The position numbers and the translations under genes were made by a program. Of a stretch of DNA of 64,000 nt, positions 29,399 through 38,713 are shown piece by piece. Position 1 is the first letter of the stretch; the number at the start of each line of letters is the position of its first letter. The notes below the pieces were generated by a model, which saw only the letters and a list, made by a program, of their open reading frames with translations, did no database searches and was not told where the DNA came from. This stretch comes from Candidatus Iainarchaeum sp. (GTDB taxonomy: Archaea; Iainarchaeota; Iainarchaeia; Iainarchaeales; GCA-2688035), in NCBI GenBank assembly GCA_017610205.1, contig JAFCCL010000006.1, positions 32,001 through 96,000 of the forward strand, in the 5' to 3' direction.

Positions 29399-29939
29399 CT
29401 TCTAAGACAATTGATTTAGCCCTTATTTGCTGCAACAATTCTGTTTTCTCTTTTTCCATTAAATCAACTTTGCTTTTAGTCAACGTAATTAACTGCACAT
29501 CTCTTTTTAGCTGGTTACTCAGCTCTCTTTTGATTTGGCTTATTAAAAGCGAATCTGGCTTTTTTTTAAAATAAATTGCCAAATCAATATCACTGTCACC
29601 AGTCATTTTTCCGGTCGCAGCACTGCCAAACAAGTAAACGCCTAAAGGCCGTAACTTGACCAAGTTTTTAAATGGCCTGGTTATTGTGATTTCATGCACA
29701 AGAATAGTTCTCAGTATGCTTGTCGTTAGAGGATTATTATAATTCAGACTGAAAATTTTTCGGTTCTTTTGTTTTGCCACCACAACAATTTTTTTTAGTG
29801 CAAGCTTTGTCATTATTTTGTGAACAGTACTTGGAGCAAGACCTGTTTTTTCAGCAAGCTCTCGCAGATAGTATTTCTTATTCAAAAGAAGCTCTAATAG
29901 TCGAAATGTGCTTTCATTAAGAAAATCAATATTACCCAT
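29382..29939 (-). CDS. HTH + minimal nucleotidyltransferase (MNT)
   Basis: YLRELAEKTGLAPSTV HTH; LFGSAATG...SDIDLAI. Confidence 0.9.
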   Translation of the reverse strand: MGNIDFLNESTFRLLELLLNKKYYLRELAEKTGLAPSTVHKIMTKLALKKIVVVAKQKNRKIFSLNYNNPLTTSILRTILVHEITITRPFKNLVKLRPLGVYLFGSAATGKMTGDSDIDLAIYFKKKPDSLLISQIKRELSNQLKRDVQLITLTKSKVDLMEKEKTELLQQIRAKSIVLEGEELD

Positions 29940-29997
29940 GTAATAATACCAAACGTTCATATATAAAAACGTTTCGTTCACACAGAAAAACAATAAA

Positions 29998-30032
29998 GCC
30001 TCAGTCCACCCATCTCTCTCGAAAAATGAAGA
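29998..30032 (-). repeat. att-like copy 2 of the sRNA 3' end, with hairpin arm
   Basis: GCCTCAGTCCACCCATCT (17/18) then CTCTCGAAAAATGAAGA. Confidence 0.8.
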
Positions 30033-30057
30033 AAGACTTACAAGACCTTGAAAAGCA

Positions 30058-30288
30058 TTATTTTAGAAACTTAGCCAGTTCTTCAATGTCAAGGTTAGCT
30101 TGCCTTAGAATGGATTTCATTGTACCTGTTCTAATCACTTGTTTCAAAGGAATAATAACAGTAAGCTTTCTTCCGCTTGCAAATTTCCTGAGCTTTACAT
30201 GACTCCCCCTCTGCTTGACAGATTTAAAGCCAGCCTTCTCCAAAGCTTTAATTACTTCCTTTCCTGAAAGAACTGGAAACTTAGGCAC
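30058..30288 (-). CDS. hicA: HicA toxin
   Basis: SGKEVIKALEKAGF..QRGSHVKL, GTMKSILRQA. Confidence 0.9.
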   Translation of the reverse strand: MPKFPVLSGKEVIKALEKAGFKSVKQRGSHVKLRKFASGRKLTVIIPLKQVIRTGTMKSILRQANLDIEELAKFLK

Positions 30289-30490
30289 AGGCTTTCACTT
30301 CAAAAGTAGTGACAAAAGGAGCAATATCTGAAAGCTTTATGTCCTTCTTGTCTTCCAAATAGAGTTCAACAGCCTCTTTCAAATTAGCCAGAGCATCTTC
30401 TATTGAATTGCCTTGCGAAGCAACATCAAGCTCAGGGCACAAAGCAACATACTCGCCCTCTTCTTTACTAATTACTGCAGATAATCTCAA
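30281..30490 (-). CDS. hicB: HicB antitoxin
   Basis: YVALCPELDVASQG.SIEDALANLKEAVELYLE. Confidence 0.9.
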   Translation of the reverse strand: MRLSAVISKEEGEYVALCPELDVASQGNSIEDALANLKEAVELYLEDKKDIKLSDIAPFVTTFEVKACA

Positions 30491-30631
30491 AATATCACCT
30501 AGTATATTTAATGGATAAACAGTATAAAAAAAGATTTGTTTCCCACCAATTTAACTCTAAAAATGAGCTCAGGCGTGCAATATGGTAGAAAGATAATATT
30601 TAATTGTTTAAGATGCATCATTCTGTTAAAG

Positions 30632-31231
30632 ATGACTCCGAAGAAAGCAATTAGAAAAAGAGAAGCTAGAGTAACACAAAATCTGAAAAAAACGCTTGCG
30701 AGATTAAGACCGAAGCTGAAACCTTTCTTAGCAAATCCAAAACCCATAACTGTCGAACAACTTCGAGCAGGCGACATACTATTTTTTAGGCCGAAATCTG
30801 ATTCAGCTATTATAAGAAAGTGCCTTGCATATGGACACCCGTTTTCGCACATGGCACTCTACATTGGAAATGGTAAAATGTTTAATTTGGCAAAAACCGC
30901 AAGACTGCCACTGGCCGAAACCGTGTTAGCAACTTATGGGGCACCCTTTGTTTTAAGACCGGAAATTACTAAGAGGCAAACAGAAAAAATTGCTGAAAAA
31001 GCAAAAGAGGCTGTTGGAGAAAAGCATAATAAAAAAGTAGAGAAGATGGTTCAGCTAAGCGAATTGACAAACATCGGATTCAAAAAAGCAAGAACCAAAG
31101 GATTCAACTGCACAAATGTAATATCATTTATTTTCTCAGAAGCAGGAATGGACGTGACACCAGGGGTGCATCCTCTAAGAGCCGGACCCTCACATTTCCT
31201 CCGAAACAAAAGACTCAGAAGAATAAACTAA
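30632..31231 (+). CDS. permuted papain-like NlpC/P60 (YiiX/YebB-like) protein with basic N-terminus
   Basis: LRAGDILFF, FSHMALYIGNG (His first), FNCTNVI (Cys later). Confidence 0.75.
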   Translation: MTPKKAIRKREARVTQNLKKTLARLRPKLKPFLANPKPITVEQLRAGDILFFRPKSDSAIIRKCLAYGHPFSHMALYIGNGKMFNLAKTARLPLAETVLATYGAPFVLRPEITKRQTEKIAEKAKEAVGEKHNKKVEKMVQLSELTNIGFKKARTKGFNCTNVISFIFSEAGMDVTPGVHPLRAGPSHFLRNKRLRRIN

Positions 31232-31250
31232 CCCAATAAAAATATTCACA

Positions 31251-31313
31251 GCCTCAGTCCGCCCATCTTTCTTCATTGCTTGCGCTCTGTGTCATCGTCA
31301 GTTCATCATCGGC
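31251..31313 (-). ncRNA. C/D-box methylation guide sRNA (63 nt)
   Basis: Minus strand gccg-ATGATGA (C)-13 nt-CAGA (D')-ATGAAGA (C')-12 nt-CTGA (D)-ggc; terminal GCC/GGC stem; TTTAAA about 23 nt upstream. Confidence 0.85.
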
Positions 31314-31421
31314 AATTAAATTGTACTGCGAATGGCTTTAAAGAATAGGTATTCTTACAATTTTAGAGGCTACCACGCCTCTCGGTTATCTTTTAAAGAA
31401 GTTTTAAACCCATTTTTTTTA

Positions 31422-32813
31422 ATGCTAACTGTAATGAAGTTTGGTGGTAGTATTCTTTCAAGCGAAAGCCAGCTTAAGCGGGTTACCCAAGTTGTTAAAA
31501 AGCGCAGGGAACGGGAAGATGTTTTGATTGTTGTCTCTGCATTGAAAGGGGTTACCAATTCTCTTATTGGGATTGCAAACAAGGCACTTGAAGGCAGCGA
31601 CTTCAAAGAAGAATTTGTAGCAGTAAAAAAACTGCATCTTGAAATGCTTTCAGGCATCAAAGCCAAGAATTATGTGAAAGAGACTGAGAAAGGGCTGCTT
31701 GAAGAGTTTTCTCTGCTTGAAAGGGCACTGCAGGGAATTTTGTGCCTTAAAGAGCTTTCTCCGAGAAGCCTTGATCTTGTGCAGACAGCGGGAGAGAGAC
31801 TATGTGTTTTGCTTCTATTCGCCTATCTTTTGGATGAAAACATTCAGGCAATTGCCTTTGACGGAAGAAAGCAGGGCATTGTAACAAACTCTGATTTTGG
31901 CAGAGCTAGGCCTTTGATGGATGAAACCAAAAAAAAGCTGGAAAAAACGAAGGGATTTGTACACAGCAATGTCCTGATTTTCCCAGGCTTTTTTGGAGTT
32001 GACAAGCAGGACAATGTTGTCAGCTTTGGCAGGGGTGGCAGTGATTTCAGCGCAGCAATTCTTGCAAACTTGTTCAGAGCAAACTCCTTGGAGTTGTGGA
32101 AGGACGTTGATGGCTTTTTAACCAGCGACCCAAAAATTGTTGAGGATGCTGTGGTTTTGTCAAATCTGAGCTACGAGGAGGCGGAGGAACTTGGCTATTT
32201 TGGGGCAAAAATCATTTACCCGCGAACAGTGGTTCCCTTGAAAGAAAAGGGTATCAAAATCGTGATAAAAAACATCCAGAAACCTGACAAAATTGGAACA
32301 ATTGTAAGTAATGAAAGACTTGAACAGAAGATAGTGGCCAAGTCAATTGCAGTCAAGAGAAACATTGCGAGCATAACACTAAGAAGCCCTATCTTTGTTG
32401 GTCAGGCAGGCGTTCTGGAAAAAATCTTTTATGAAATCGCCAAGGCTAACATAAGCGTTGGCCTTGTTGCAACAAGCGAAACTGGGATTTCTTTCACAAT
32501 TGACGAAAAAAGCCTGCCAAGGACAAGGGAAGCCATTTCCAGAATCGGCCTGGTTCTCGAAGAAGCTAGCTTTGACAAGGATCTTGCAATGGTGGGAGTA
32601 GTTGGAGAGGGGCTGAAGAAAAAACCTGGGGTAGCAGGATTTGTGTTTGGCTGCCTTGCAGAAAACAAGGTAAACGTTGAAATGATCTCTCAGGGAAGCA
32701 GTGGAATAAACATTTCTTTTATAATAAAAGAAAGTGATCTGCACAAAACAGTAAAGGCACTTCACAAGAAAATAATACAAAACCCAAAGATGAAAAATAG
32801 CCTTATTAAGTAA
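31422..32813 (+). CDS. lysC: aspartate kinase with two ACT domains
   Basis: VMKFGGS, VVSALKGVTN, GRGGSDFSA, WKDVDG, FGAKIIYP, MISQGSS. Confidence 0.95.
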   Translation: MLTVMKFGGSILSSESQLKRVTQVVKKRREREDVLIVVSALKGVTNSLIGIANKALEGSDFKEEFVAVKKLHLEMLSGIKAKNYVKETEKGLLEEFSLLERALQGILCLKELSPRSLDLVQTAGERLCVLLLFAYLLDENIQAIAFDGRKQGIVTNSDFGRARPLMDETKKKLEKTKGFVHSNVLIFPGFFGVDKQDNVVSFGRGGSDFSAAILANLFRANSLELWKDVDGFLTSDPKIVEDAVVLSNLSYEEAEELGYFGAKIIYPRTVVPLKEKGIKIVIKNIQKPDKIGTIVSNERLEQKIVAKSIAVKRNIASITLRSPIFVGQAGVLEKIFYEIAKANISVGLVATSETGISFTIDEKSLPRTREAISRIGLVLEEASFDKDLAMVGVVGEGLKKKPGVAGFVFGCLAENKVNVEMISQGSSGINISFIIKESDLHKTVKALHKKIIQNPKMKNSLIK

Positions 32814-32997
32814 AGTAGGGTAAAAGTGTTTGGTTTTAGTGCCTCAAGCCAAACTTACAAAAAAAGAGTATATTACCCTGAGCACATCAAGCTAATTATC
32901 AGATTGGCAGTGGCAAAAGAATCAGGTTGCATAGGAGTTTAAAGAATAACATATACGTATATAAAGACTTTGTAAGTATATAATTATAGGTGATTTT

Positions 32998-33240
32998 GTG
33001 GGAAACGTGACAATTACCCTGGAAAATGAGGACGAGGAAACCCTTAGGTCAATTGCCGGAAGCAAGTATAATAATAAAAAAGGCTCTTTGGCAAAAGTAG
33101 TCGGTGAGTCTATAAGACTACTTTCCAGCAAAACCGGAAAAAACAAGGCAATGAAGAGGCAGTTCAAGTGGATGGACCAAGGATTTAACCTAGGAAAAAT
33201 AAAAGTAAAGAACAGAGGAGAAATATATGACAGAAAGTAA
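32998..33240 (+). CDS. putative antitoxin (RHH-like)
   Basis: NVTITLENE N-terminus, GFNLG...RGEIYDR C-terminus; overlaps the PIN gene. Confidence 0.75.
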   Translation: MGNVTITLENEDEETLRSIAGSKYNNKKGSLAKVVGESIRLLSSKTGKNKAMKRQFKWMDQGFNLGKIKVKNRGEIYDRK

Positions 33241-33667
33241 GGAATTGAAGCTTCTTGATTCAAACATCTTGGTTTACGCTTACGACAAAAGCGAGACAAA
33301 AAAGCATCCGATAGCAAGAGAACTTGTTAAAGAAAGATGGAAAAAAGAAGATTCGGTTCTAAGCATTCAAAACCTGGCAGAATTCTATTCAGTTATCACA
33401 AGCAAAATAGAGAGACCTTTGGAGATTGACAAAGCAAAGCAAATTGTCTTAGATTACATTGACGGCTTTGAGATACTAGGATACAACGAAAAAACAATCT
33501 TGGAAGCAATTAATGTGCAAGCAATTTACAAAATTCCTTTCTGGGACGCATTAATAGTTGCCACAATGGAAGAAAACAGCATTGACACAATAATAACAGA
33601 AAACGAAAAAGACTTCAAAAAAGTCAAGTGGATAAAAACAATAAACCCGTTTAAAAAGGCAGAATGA
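33227..33667 (+). CDS. vapC: PIN-domain (VapC) toxin
   Basis: LLDSNILVYA, QNLAEF, FWDALIVA, TENEKDF. Confidence 0.92.
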   Translation: MTESKELKLLDSNILVYAYDKSETKKHPIARELVKERWKKEDSVLSIQNLAEFYSVITSKIERPLEIDKAKQIVLDYIDGFEILGYNEKTILEAINVQAIYKIPFWDALIVATMEENSIDTIITENEKDFKKVKWIKTINPFKKAE

Positions 33668-33750
33668 AACAACAACAAAAAAGTTATATTACCCTTAATA
33701 CTCAAGGCTAATTGTCAGATTACCATTTTGCAATGTTTTGCCAGATTATT

Positions 33751-35331
33751 TTAAATCATTTTTTTGTCGATTTCTTTGATTGTTCCGTTGCTTACTTTTA
33801 GAATTCGTTGTGCAATTTTTTCAATGAAGTATCTGTCGTGAGAAATTGCAAGAATTGCACCGTTGTAATTCAAAAATGCGTTTTCAACAATTTCGCAGGC
33901 GTCAATATCCAGGTAGTTTGTTGGCTCGTCAAGCAAAAGCAAGTTTGGTTTTTTAATGAGAATTTTGAGAAGGTTTAGCCTGGATTTTTCACCCATTGAC
34001 AGTTGAGAAATTGGCTTGGATACATCTTTATCAGTAACAAACCCAAGCATGGACAATTGCTGGCGCGTTTTAGCACGGTCTTTAAACAAGGAGAATATTT
34101 CGTCGTACAAGGTGGCTTTGATTGTTAGGTCTTTGAGTTCCTGGTCTACATAACCAAGCTTTGCCTTTGAGTCCAAAATCACTTTGCCAGAAATTGCCGA
34201 AACGCGGCCTTCGATTGTTTTGAAAAGCGTGCTTTTGCCTATTCCGTTTTCCCCAATTAAAACAGTTCGTTGGCCAAGACCAGCATTAAAATTTATGTTG
34301 GAAATGAGCGGTTTTTCATACCCTACACACAGGTCAACCAGGTCCAAAATCACAACTGAATTAATTGGGGTTGCTTCAAAGGAGGTTTTGAATCTTGACT
34401 GGTCCAGGTCTGGTTTTTCAATAATTTTGCGCTTTTCCAAAAGTTTTTCACGATATTTTCCTTGCTTGACTTTCTGGGGGCTTTTGCCAAGGCGGGCTAT
34501 TTTGTCTTTTTGAATAGCAATGTATTTTTCTTCTAATGAGTAGGCTGCTTTTTGGGCTTTAAATGTTGCTTCACGCGTTTTTATGTATGCTGAATAATTG
34601 CCGTTGTACTTAATCCATTTTCCATTCTCTATTTTTAGAATAGTGTCGCACACACTGTCCAAAAAATACCTGTCATGTGTGACCATAAGCACAGTTCCTT
34701 TAAAAGCGCGCAAGTGGTTTTCCAAAATACCTAAGCGTTTAAAATCAAGGTGATTGGTTGGTTCATCAAGCAACAAAAAATCTGCGTCAGAGGATAAAAT
34801 CTGGGCCAAGGCAATAATCGCGCGTTGTCCTGTAGAAAGTGAGCCAATGGATTGGTTGAGCCATGATTCTTTAATCTCAAGAGTTTGTAAAGCGTATTTG
34901 ATTTTGTTAATAGGAGGCAGGGTTTGGTGCTTTGCAATTTTTGCCTGCAATTCCACATAGAGCTCCATTAGCTTGCTTACTTTATTATTGTCTTGATGGA
35001 TTTCTGGGCGTGAAAGAAGCTGCTCAATTTTGTGCAATTTTTTTTCAAACTGATTTTGATGATGAATTGTGGCGCTTTCTCCAAGTGTTTGACACACTGT
35101 TTTATTCAAGTCCAAATCAACTTGTTGGGAAAAATAAACTGCTTTGCCATTGAATTCAATCTTGCCGTTGTAATCCACTTGGCCTAAAATTGCTTTGAGA
35201 AACGTTGTTTTTCCAACTCCGTTTCTGCCAATAAGACCTACTTTGGAACCATCTGCAAGCCCCACGCTTTCGTCAAGCAGTATTTCCTTGCTGCCAAGAG
35301 AGATTGAAAGGTTTTTAACAGAAAGAGCCAT
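33751..35331 (-). CDS. ABC-F family ATPase
   Basis: Two NBDs (GRNGVGKT/LLDEPTNHLD; GENGIGKS/LLDEPTNYLD), HDRYF, YNGNYS linker, no TM segments. Confidence 0.92.
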   Translation of the reverse strand: MALSVKNLSISLGSKEILLDESVGLADGSKVGLIGRNGVGKTTFLKAILGQVDYNGKIEFNGKAVYFSQQVDLDLNKTVCQTLGESATIHHQNQFEKKLHKIEQLLSRPEIHQDNNKVSKLMELYVELQAKIAKHQTLPPINKIKYALQTLEIKESWLNQSIGSLSTGQRAIIALAQILSSDADFLLLDEPTNHLDFKRLGILENHLRAFKGTVLMVTHDRYFLDSVCDTILKIENGKWIKYNGNYSAYIKTREATFKAQKAAYSLEEKYIAIQKDKIARLGKSPQKVKQGKYREKLLEKRKIIEKPDLDQSRFKTSFEATPINSVVILDLVDLCVGYEKPLISNINFNAGLGQRTVLIGENGIGKSTLFKTIEGRVSAISGKVILDSKAKLGYVDQELKDLTIKATLYDEIFSLFKDRAKTRQQLSMLGFVTDKDVSKPISQLSMGEKSRLNLLKILIKKPNLLLLDEPTNYLDIDACEIVENAFLNYNGAILAISHDRYFIEKIAQRILKVSNGTIKEIDKKMI

Positions 35332-35481
35332 GTATAATTATCATTTGCACAAATTCTTTAAAGTATGTTAAAAATTATTTTTTTTTCCAGATTTCGTACT
35401 TATTACCAACTTACCATTGGCAAAATGTTGTCTTGCAAAAGAATTAAAAGCGTGGAATGCGTTATTTTTTTGGTTTTTTTA

Positions 35482-36582
35482 ATGCTTGTTGAGGAAAAGG
35501 TTTTGCTAAGACCAAAGGATGTCAAGCCTTTGGTAAGGGGCTGGGTTGTTATGGGCGTGCTGAATCCTGCAGCTGTGAGGCTGCCGAATAAGAAAATAAT
35601 GCTTTATACAAGGGTTTCTGAAATGCCAAAAGGACATATTGGAACAGGCTTGAAATGCCCGGTGATTGTTTCAGACAAGCAGGTGAAAAGAAAGGGCTAC
35701 AAGCTTAGCAGCATGAAAATAAGCAAGGCAAAAATTGTTGGTGAAGAAGAAAACGTAATCTATCTGAAGGATGAAACATGCAGGCTTAAAACAAGCTCGC
35801 ATTTTCGCAGAATAATTTTGGACAAAGCAGGATTTGAAGTTGAAAAAATTGATATGCTTCCAATTTTTACAGGAACCCATGAAGAAGGACAATTTGGTGT
35901 TGAAGATCCAAGCATTACAAAAGTCGGTGACAAATATTATATGACATATGTTTCTGTTTCACTGCACGAAGGAGTATGCACTTCAATAGCTGTTTCAAGC
36001 AACCTCAAAAATTGGAAAAGAAAGGGAATAATTTTCAGGGAACAAAACAAGGATGTAGCCCTTTTTCCTGAAAAAATCAGGGGGCGTTTTGTTGCATTGC
36101 ACAGACCGGAAGGATTTTTTGAATTCAGCCGCCCATCAATGTGGATTTCCCATTCACCTGACTTAAAATACTGGGGTGAAGAAAAAAGCATTATGCAGAC
36201 AAGACCTAATTCCTGGGAAACCGAAAGGGTTGGGGCAGGAACAACCCCTATAAAAATCAAAGAAGGCTGGCTGGAAATATACCACGGGGTGCAAAAAGAC
36301 AAAAAAGGCAACAAGATTTACAGTGCCGGAGCAGTACTTTTTGACAGGAATAATCCGACAAAAATAATTGCAAGAAGCCCAAGAACACAGCCTTTGTTCA
36401 AGCCTGAAAAAAGCTATGAAAAAAGTGGTTTTGTAAACAATGTTATATTTCCATCAGAGGCAATTCCTGATTTGAATGGAAAAAATTTGCTTGTGTTTAG
36501 CGGGGCAGGCGATTCTGTTACAACTGTGAAAAAAGTTGCAATAAAAGACATATTAAACCACATGCATTTTATTGGAAATTAA
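35482..36582 (+). CDS. GH130-like glycoside phosphorylase/hydrolase
   Basis: LNPAA, GVEDPSI, NKDVALFPEKI, HRP, WLEIYHG, NNVIFP. Confidence 0.88.
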   Translation: MLVEEKVLLRPKDVKPLVRGWVVMGVLNPAAVRLPNKKIMLYTRVSEMPKGHIGTGLKCPVIVSDKQVKRKGYKLSSMKISKAKIVGEEENVIYLKDETCRLKTSSHFRRIILDKAGFEVEKIDMLPIFTGTHEEGQFGVEDPSITKVGDKYYMTYVSVSLHEGVCTSIAVSSNLKNWKRKGIIFREQNKDVALFPEKIRGRFVALHRPEGFFEFSRPSMWISHSPDLKYWGEEKSIMQTRPNSWETERVGAGTTPIKIKEGWLEIYHGVQKDKKGNKIYSAGAVLFDRNNPTKIIARSPRTQPLFKPEKSYEKSGFVNNVIFPSEAIPDLNGKNLLVFSGAGDSVTTVKKVAIKDILNHMHFIGN

Positions 36583-36748
36583 TAAATGCCTAATTTAGCC
36601 AGATAATACCTACCTTTAGGGCTGTTTTGAGAAATTTTACAAAATAGTGCATCAATTTTTACAATGGAAAGGCTTTAAAATCTGAATGTTTGATAAGATA
36701 TTTGCTTAATTTTTAATGCTAATTGGGAAAATTTGGGAGGCTATTAGT

Positions 36749-37168
36749 ATGACAGACAAACAAAATGACGAAAAAATATTGCCAGAAAATGGTGAAGAAA
36801 CACCAGGAACAGAGGAAAAAATTGTTAAGGAAGAGGCTGCTGAAGTTGAACGTGATGATTTGCCTTTCCCAAAAGCAACAATTGTTAACATGCTTAGAAA
36901 GCATTTAAGCTCTGGAAAGCAAATTAAGGGCCAGGTAAAGGATGAAATGAACCTTTGGCTTGGAAAAATGGTTGAAAGAATTGCCAAAAAAATGGACTCT
37001 CACCCTTATGCATATGTTGACGGCGGAATGCTAAGGGATGCAATAGAGCCATATGAAACAGTGCAGGAAATAGAGCTTGAAAAGGAAAGGATAGTAAAGC
37101 AGCTTGAAAGCATTAAGGCAGCTTGTGACATTCTGATAAGCGAAGTGGACAGGAAATTTAGAAAATAG
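36749..37168 (+). CDS. histone-fold (NF-YB-like) protein with acidic N-tail and C-terminal coiled coil
   Basis: DDLPFPKATIVNMLRKHL...V....L..A pattern. Confidence 0.7.
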   Translation: MTDKQNDEKILPENGEETPGTEEKIVKEEAAEVERDDLPFPKATIVNMLRKHLSSGKQIKGQVKDEMNLWLGKMVERIAKKMDSHPYAYVDGGMLRDAIEPYETVQEIELEKERIVKQLESIKAACDILISEVDRKFRK

Positions 37169-37171
37169 ACC

Positions 37172-37732
37172 TTATTCTTTTTCAATTGCCTTTGAATATA
37201 CCTCTGCGGTTCTTCTAAGGCCACTGAGAAAATTGTCTATTTTGCCGCTTTTTCTGAGGGCTGCATCAAAGCTAAGCAGGCCTGTCCTGCCCATCCCACT
37301 GGCAAAAGACTCAAAATTATTGGAAATCCCTTTTCCAAGTTGGAAGGCATCTACTCCAAGAGCAAACCTGTCCTTGTAAAAGATTCTTTTGACAAATTTG
37401 GCAGAGTCTGGTCCCAATTTCCTAAAAAGCAGGTTAACGCTTGTGCCAAGACCCATAAAGAAAAAGGACGTGTTGTTCTTTCCAAGCCCCATTGCAAACT
37501 TTACAGGCTGCCTGGCAATCAAAGCAATTATCAGCCCCTTTTGCCGCATTGAGTACTGCGTTGCCTTGTTTTGCTTTAAGGATTCGGCAAGAATGAATGC
37601 TTTTTCTTTTGTGGCAAGGTTTTCCCATTTGCCAGCCTTAAGATATAGCCTCCTTGTTTTAAGGCGCTTGAAGAAAAAGGCCTGAACTCCCCTTGTTCCA
37701 AGCACTCTTCTTTTTTGTTTTGGTTGATGCAT
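37172..37732 (-). CDS. orphan protein with basic N-terminus and FxxGxG repeats
   Basis: MHQPKQKRRVLGTRG; FAMGLG, FFMGLG, FALGV, FASGMG. Confidence 0.65.
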   Translation of the reverse strand: MHQPKQKRRVLGTRGVQAFFFKRLKTRRLYLKAGKWENLATKEKAFILAESLKQNKATQYSMRQKGLIIALIARQPVKFAMGLGKNNTSFFFMGLGTSVNLLFRKLGPDSAKFVKRIFYKDRFALGVDAFQLGKGISNNFESFASGMGRTGLLSFDAALRKSGKIDNFLSGLRRTAEVYSKAIEKE

Positions 37733-37804
37733 TCTTTATCACAATAAAATAAAACTTGTTTTTCTATTTATTTAAATCTTTTCTTCCAAAATTTCCACAA
37801 ACCT

Positions 37805-38713
37805 TTATTTTTTCGGTTGCCGCCAGTGAATTCCGCGCAAAGATAAGGAAAATCTTTTTATAATTGCTCCAGCATCTTTTTTGGAAAATGTTTTTCCTTT
37901 TGGCAAGCCTATGGCAAGCTTGAATTTTGGATTGTTCAAAAGCTTCAGCAATCCTGAATTAAGCAAACTTGAAACCAGCGAAGGACTTATTTCCATGATT
38001 TCGGCAATTGCCCTTGTAGGAAGAGATTGCTTTGAAAGAAACCTAAGCCTTAAAACTCTGGCAGTGCGCTTGTCAAGGTATTGGACAAACGCCTTTGAAA
38101 GGTATTCACGCAGGTCATTTGCCTCTGCACGCTTGAGTGGATTGGAATGCCCTGCCTTTCCTTCAATAAGGTCAAAAAGCTTGCTTCCTTTACCTTTTCC
38201 GGTTTCAACAAGTTTATCCCCTGAAAAAGGCCTTATTCCGCGATGTGCAGACCTTAGCCTTGAAATTAGGTTAATGGCAGAATCTCTTTCAGCAATTGTT
38301 TTTGATTCAAAAACTACTTTGTAAAGCCGTTCAATTCTTTTGTTTAATGCAACCTCGTTTGAAATTAATCTCAAAACCTCTTTTGAAAGAGCAATTACCG
38401 GAGCTTTTTGCTCAAGCATTGTAATGACTTCACCCTTTGCCCTTGAGTAAGCAAATGTATTAAATTTAATGCCTTGTGATGGCTCAAACCTTGTATAAGC
38501 ATCCATTACCCCAATAAAAGCCGCCTGTTTGAAATCATTTTTGGAAATACGCCCTGATTTTGCTACAGCATTATATTTAAAGAAAAGCCTGTTTGAAACA
38601 TTGTCTGCAATCTTGTAAGCCTTCTTTACAAATTTTACATCAAATGTCTTTTGAACTTTCTTTTTCCTTGGTTTTGGTTTTTTTTGTTCACTTGGTTTTT
38701 TTTGGCTCATCAT
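37805..38713 (-). CDS. sigma-70-family-like protein (regions 2 and 4)
   Basis: DFKQAAFIGVMDAYTRFEPSQGIKFNTFAYSRAKGEV; LDKRTARVLRLRF...RAIAEIMEISPSLVS...GLLKL. Confidence 0.8.
   Translation of the reverse strand: MMSQKKPSEQKKPKPRKKKVQKTFDVKFVKKAYKIADNVSNRLFFKYNAVAKSGRISKNDFKQAAFIGVMDAYTRFEPSQGIKFNTFAYSRAKGEVITMLEQKAPVIALSKEVLRLISNEVALNKRIERLYKVVFESKTIAERDSAINLISRLRSAHRGIRPFSGDKLVETGKGKGSKLFDLIEGKAGHSNPLKRAEANDLREYLSKAFVQYLDKRTARVLRLRFLSKQSLPTRAIAEIMEISPSLVSSLLNSGLLKLLNNPKFKLAIGLPKGKTFSKKDAGAIIKRFSLSLRGIHWRQPKK

Larger units (their letters stand above)
32857..33721. repeat. degenerate ~47-49 bp direct repeats (32857-32905, 33675-33721) flanking a TA pair
   Basis: Shared ACAAAAAA..TATATTACCCT..TCAA.GCTAATT(A/G)TCAGATT. 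Confidence 0.7.

Noticed and set aside
28900-31269. Three 19-bp repeats as a CRISPR array
   Set aside because: Spacing exceeds 1 kb and contains genes; no cas genes
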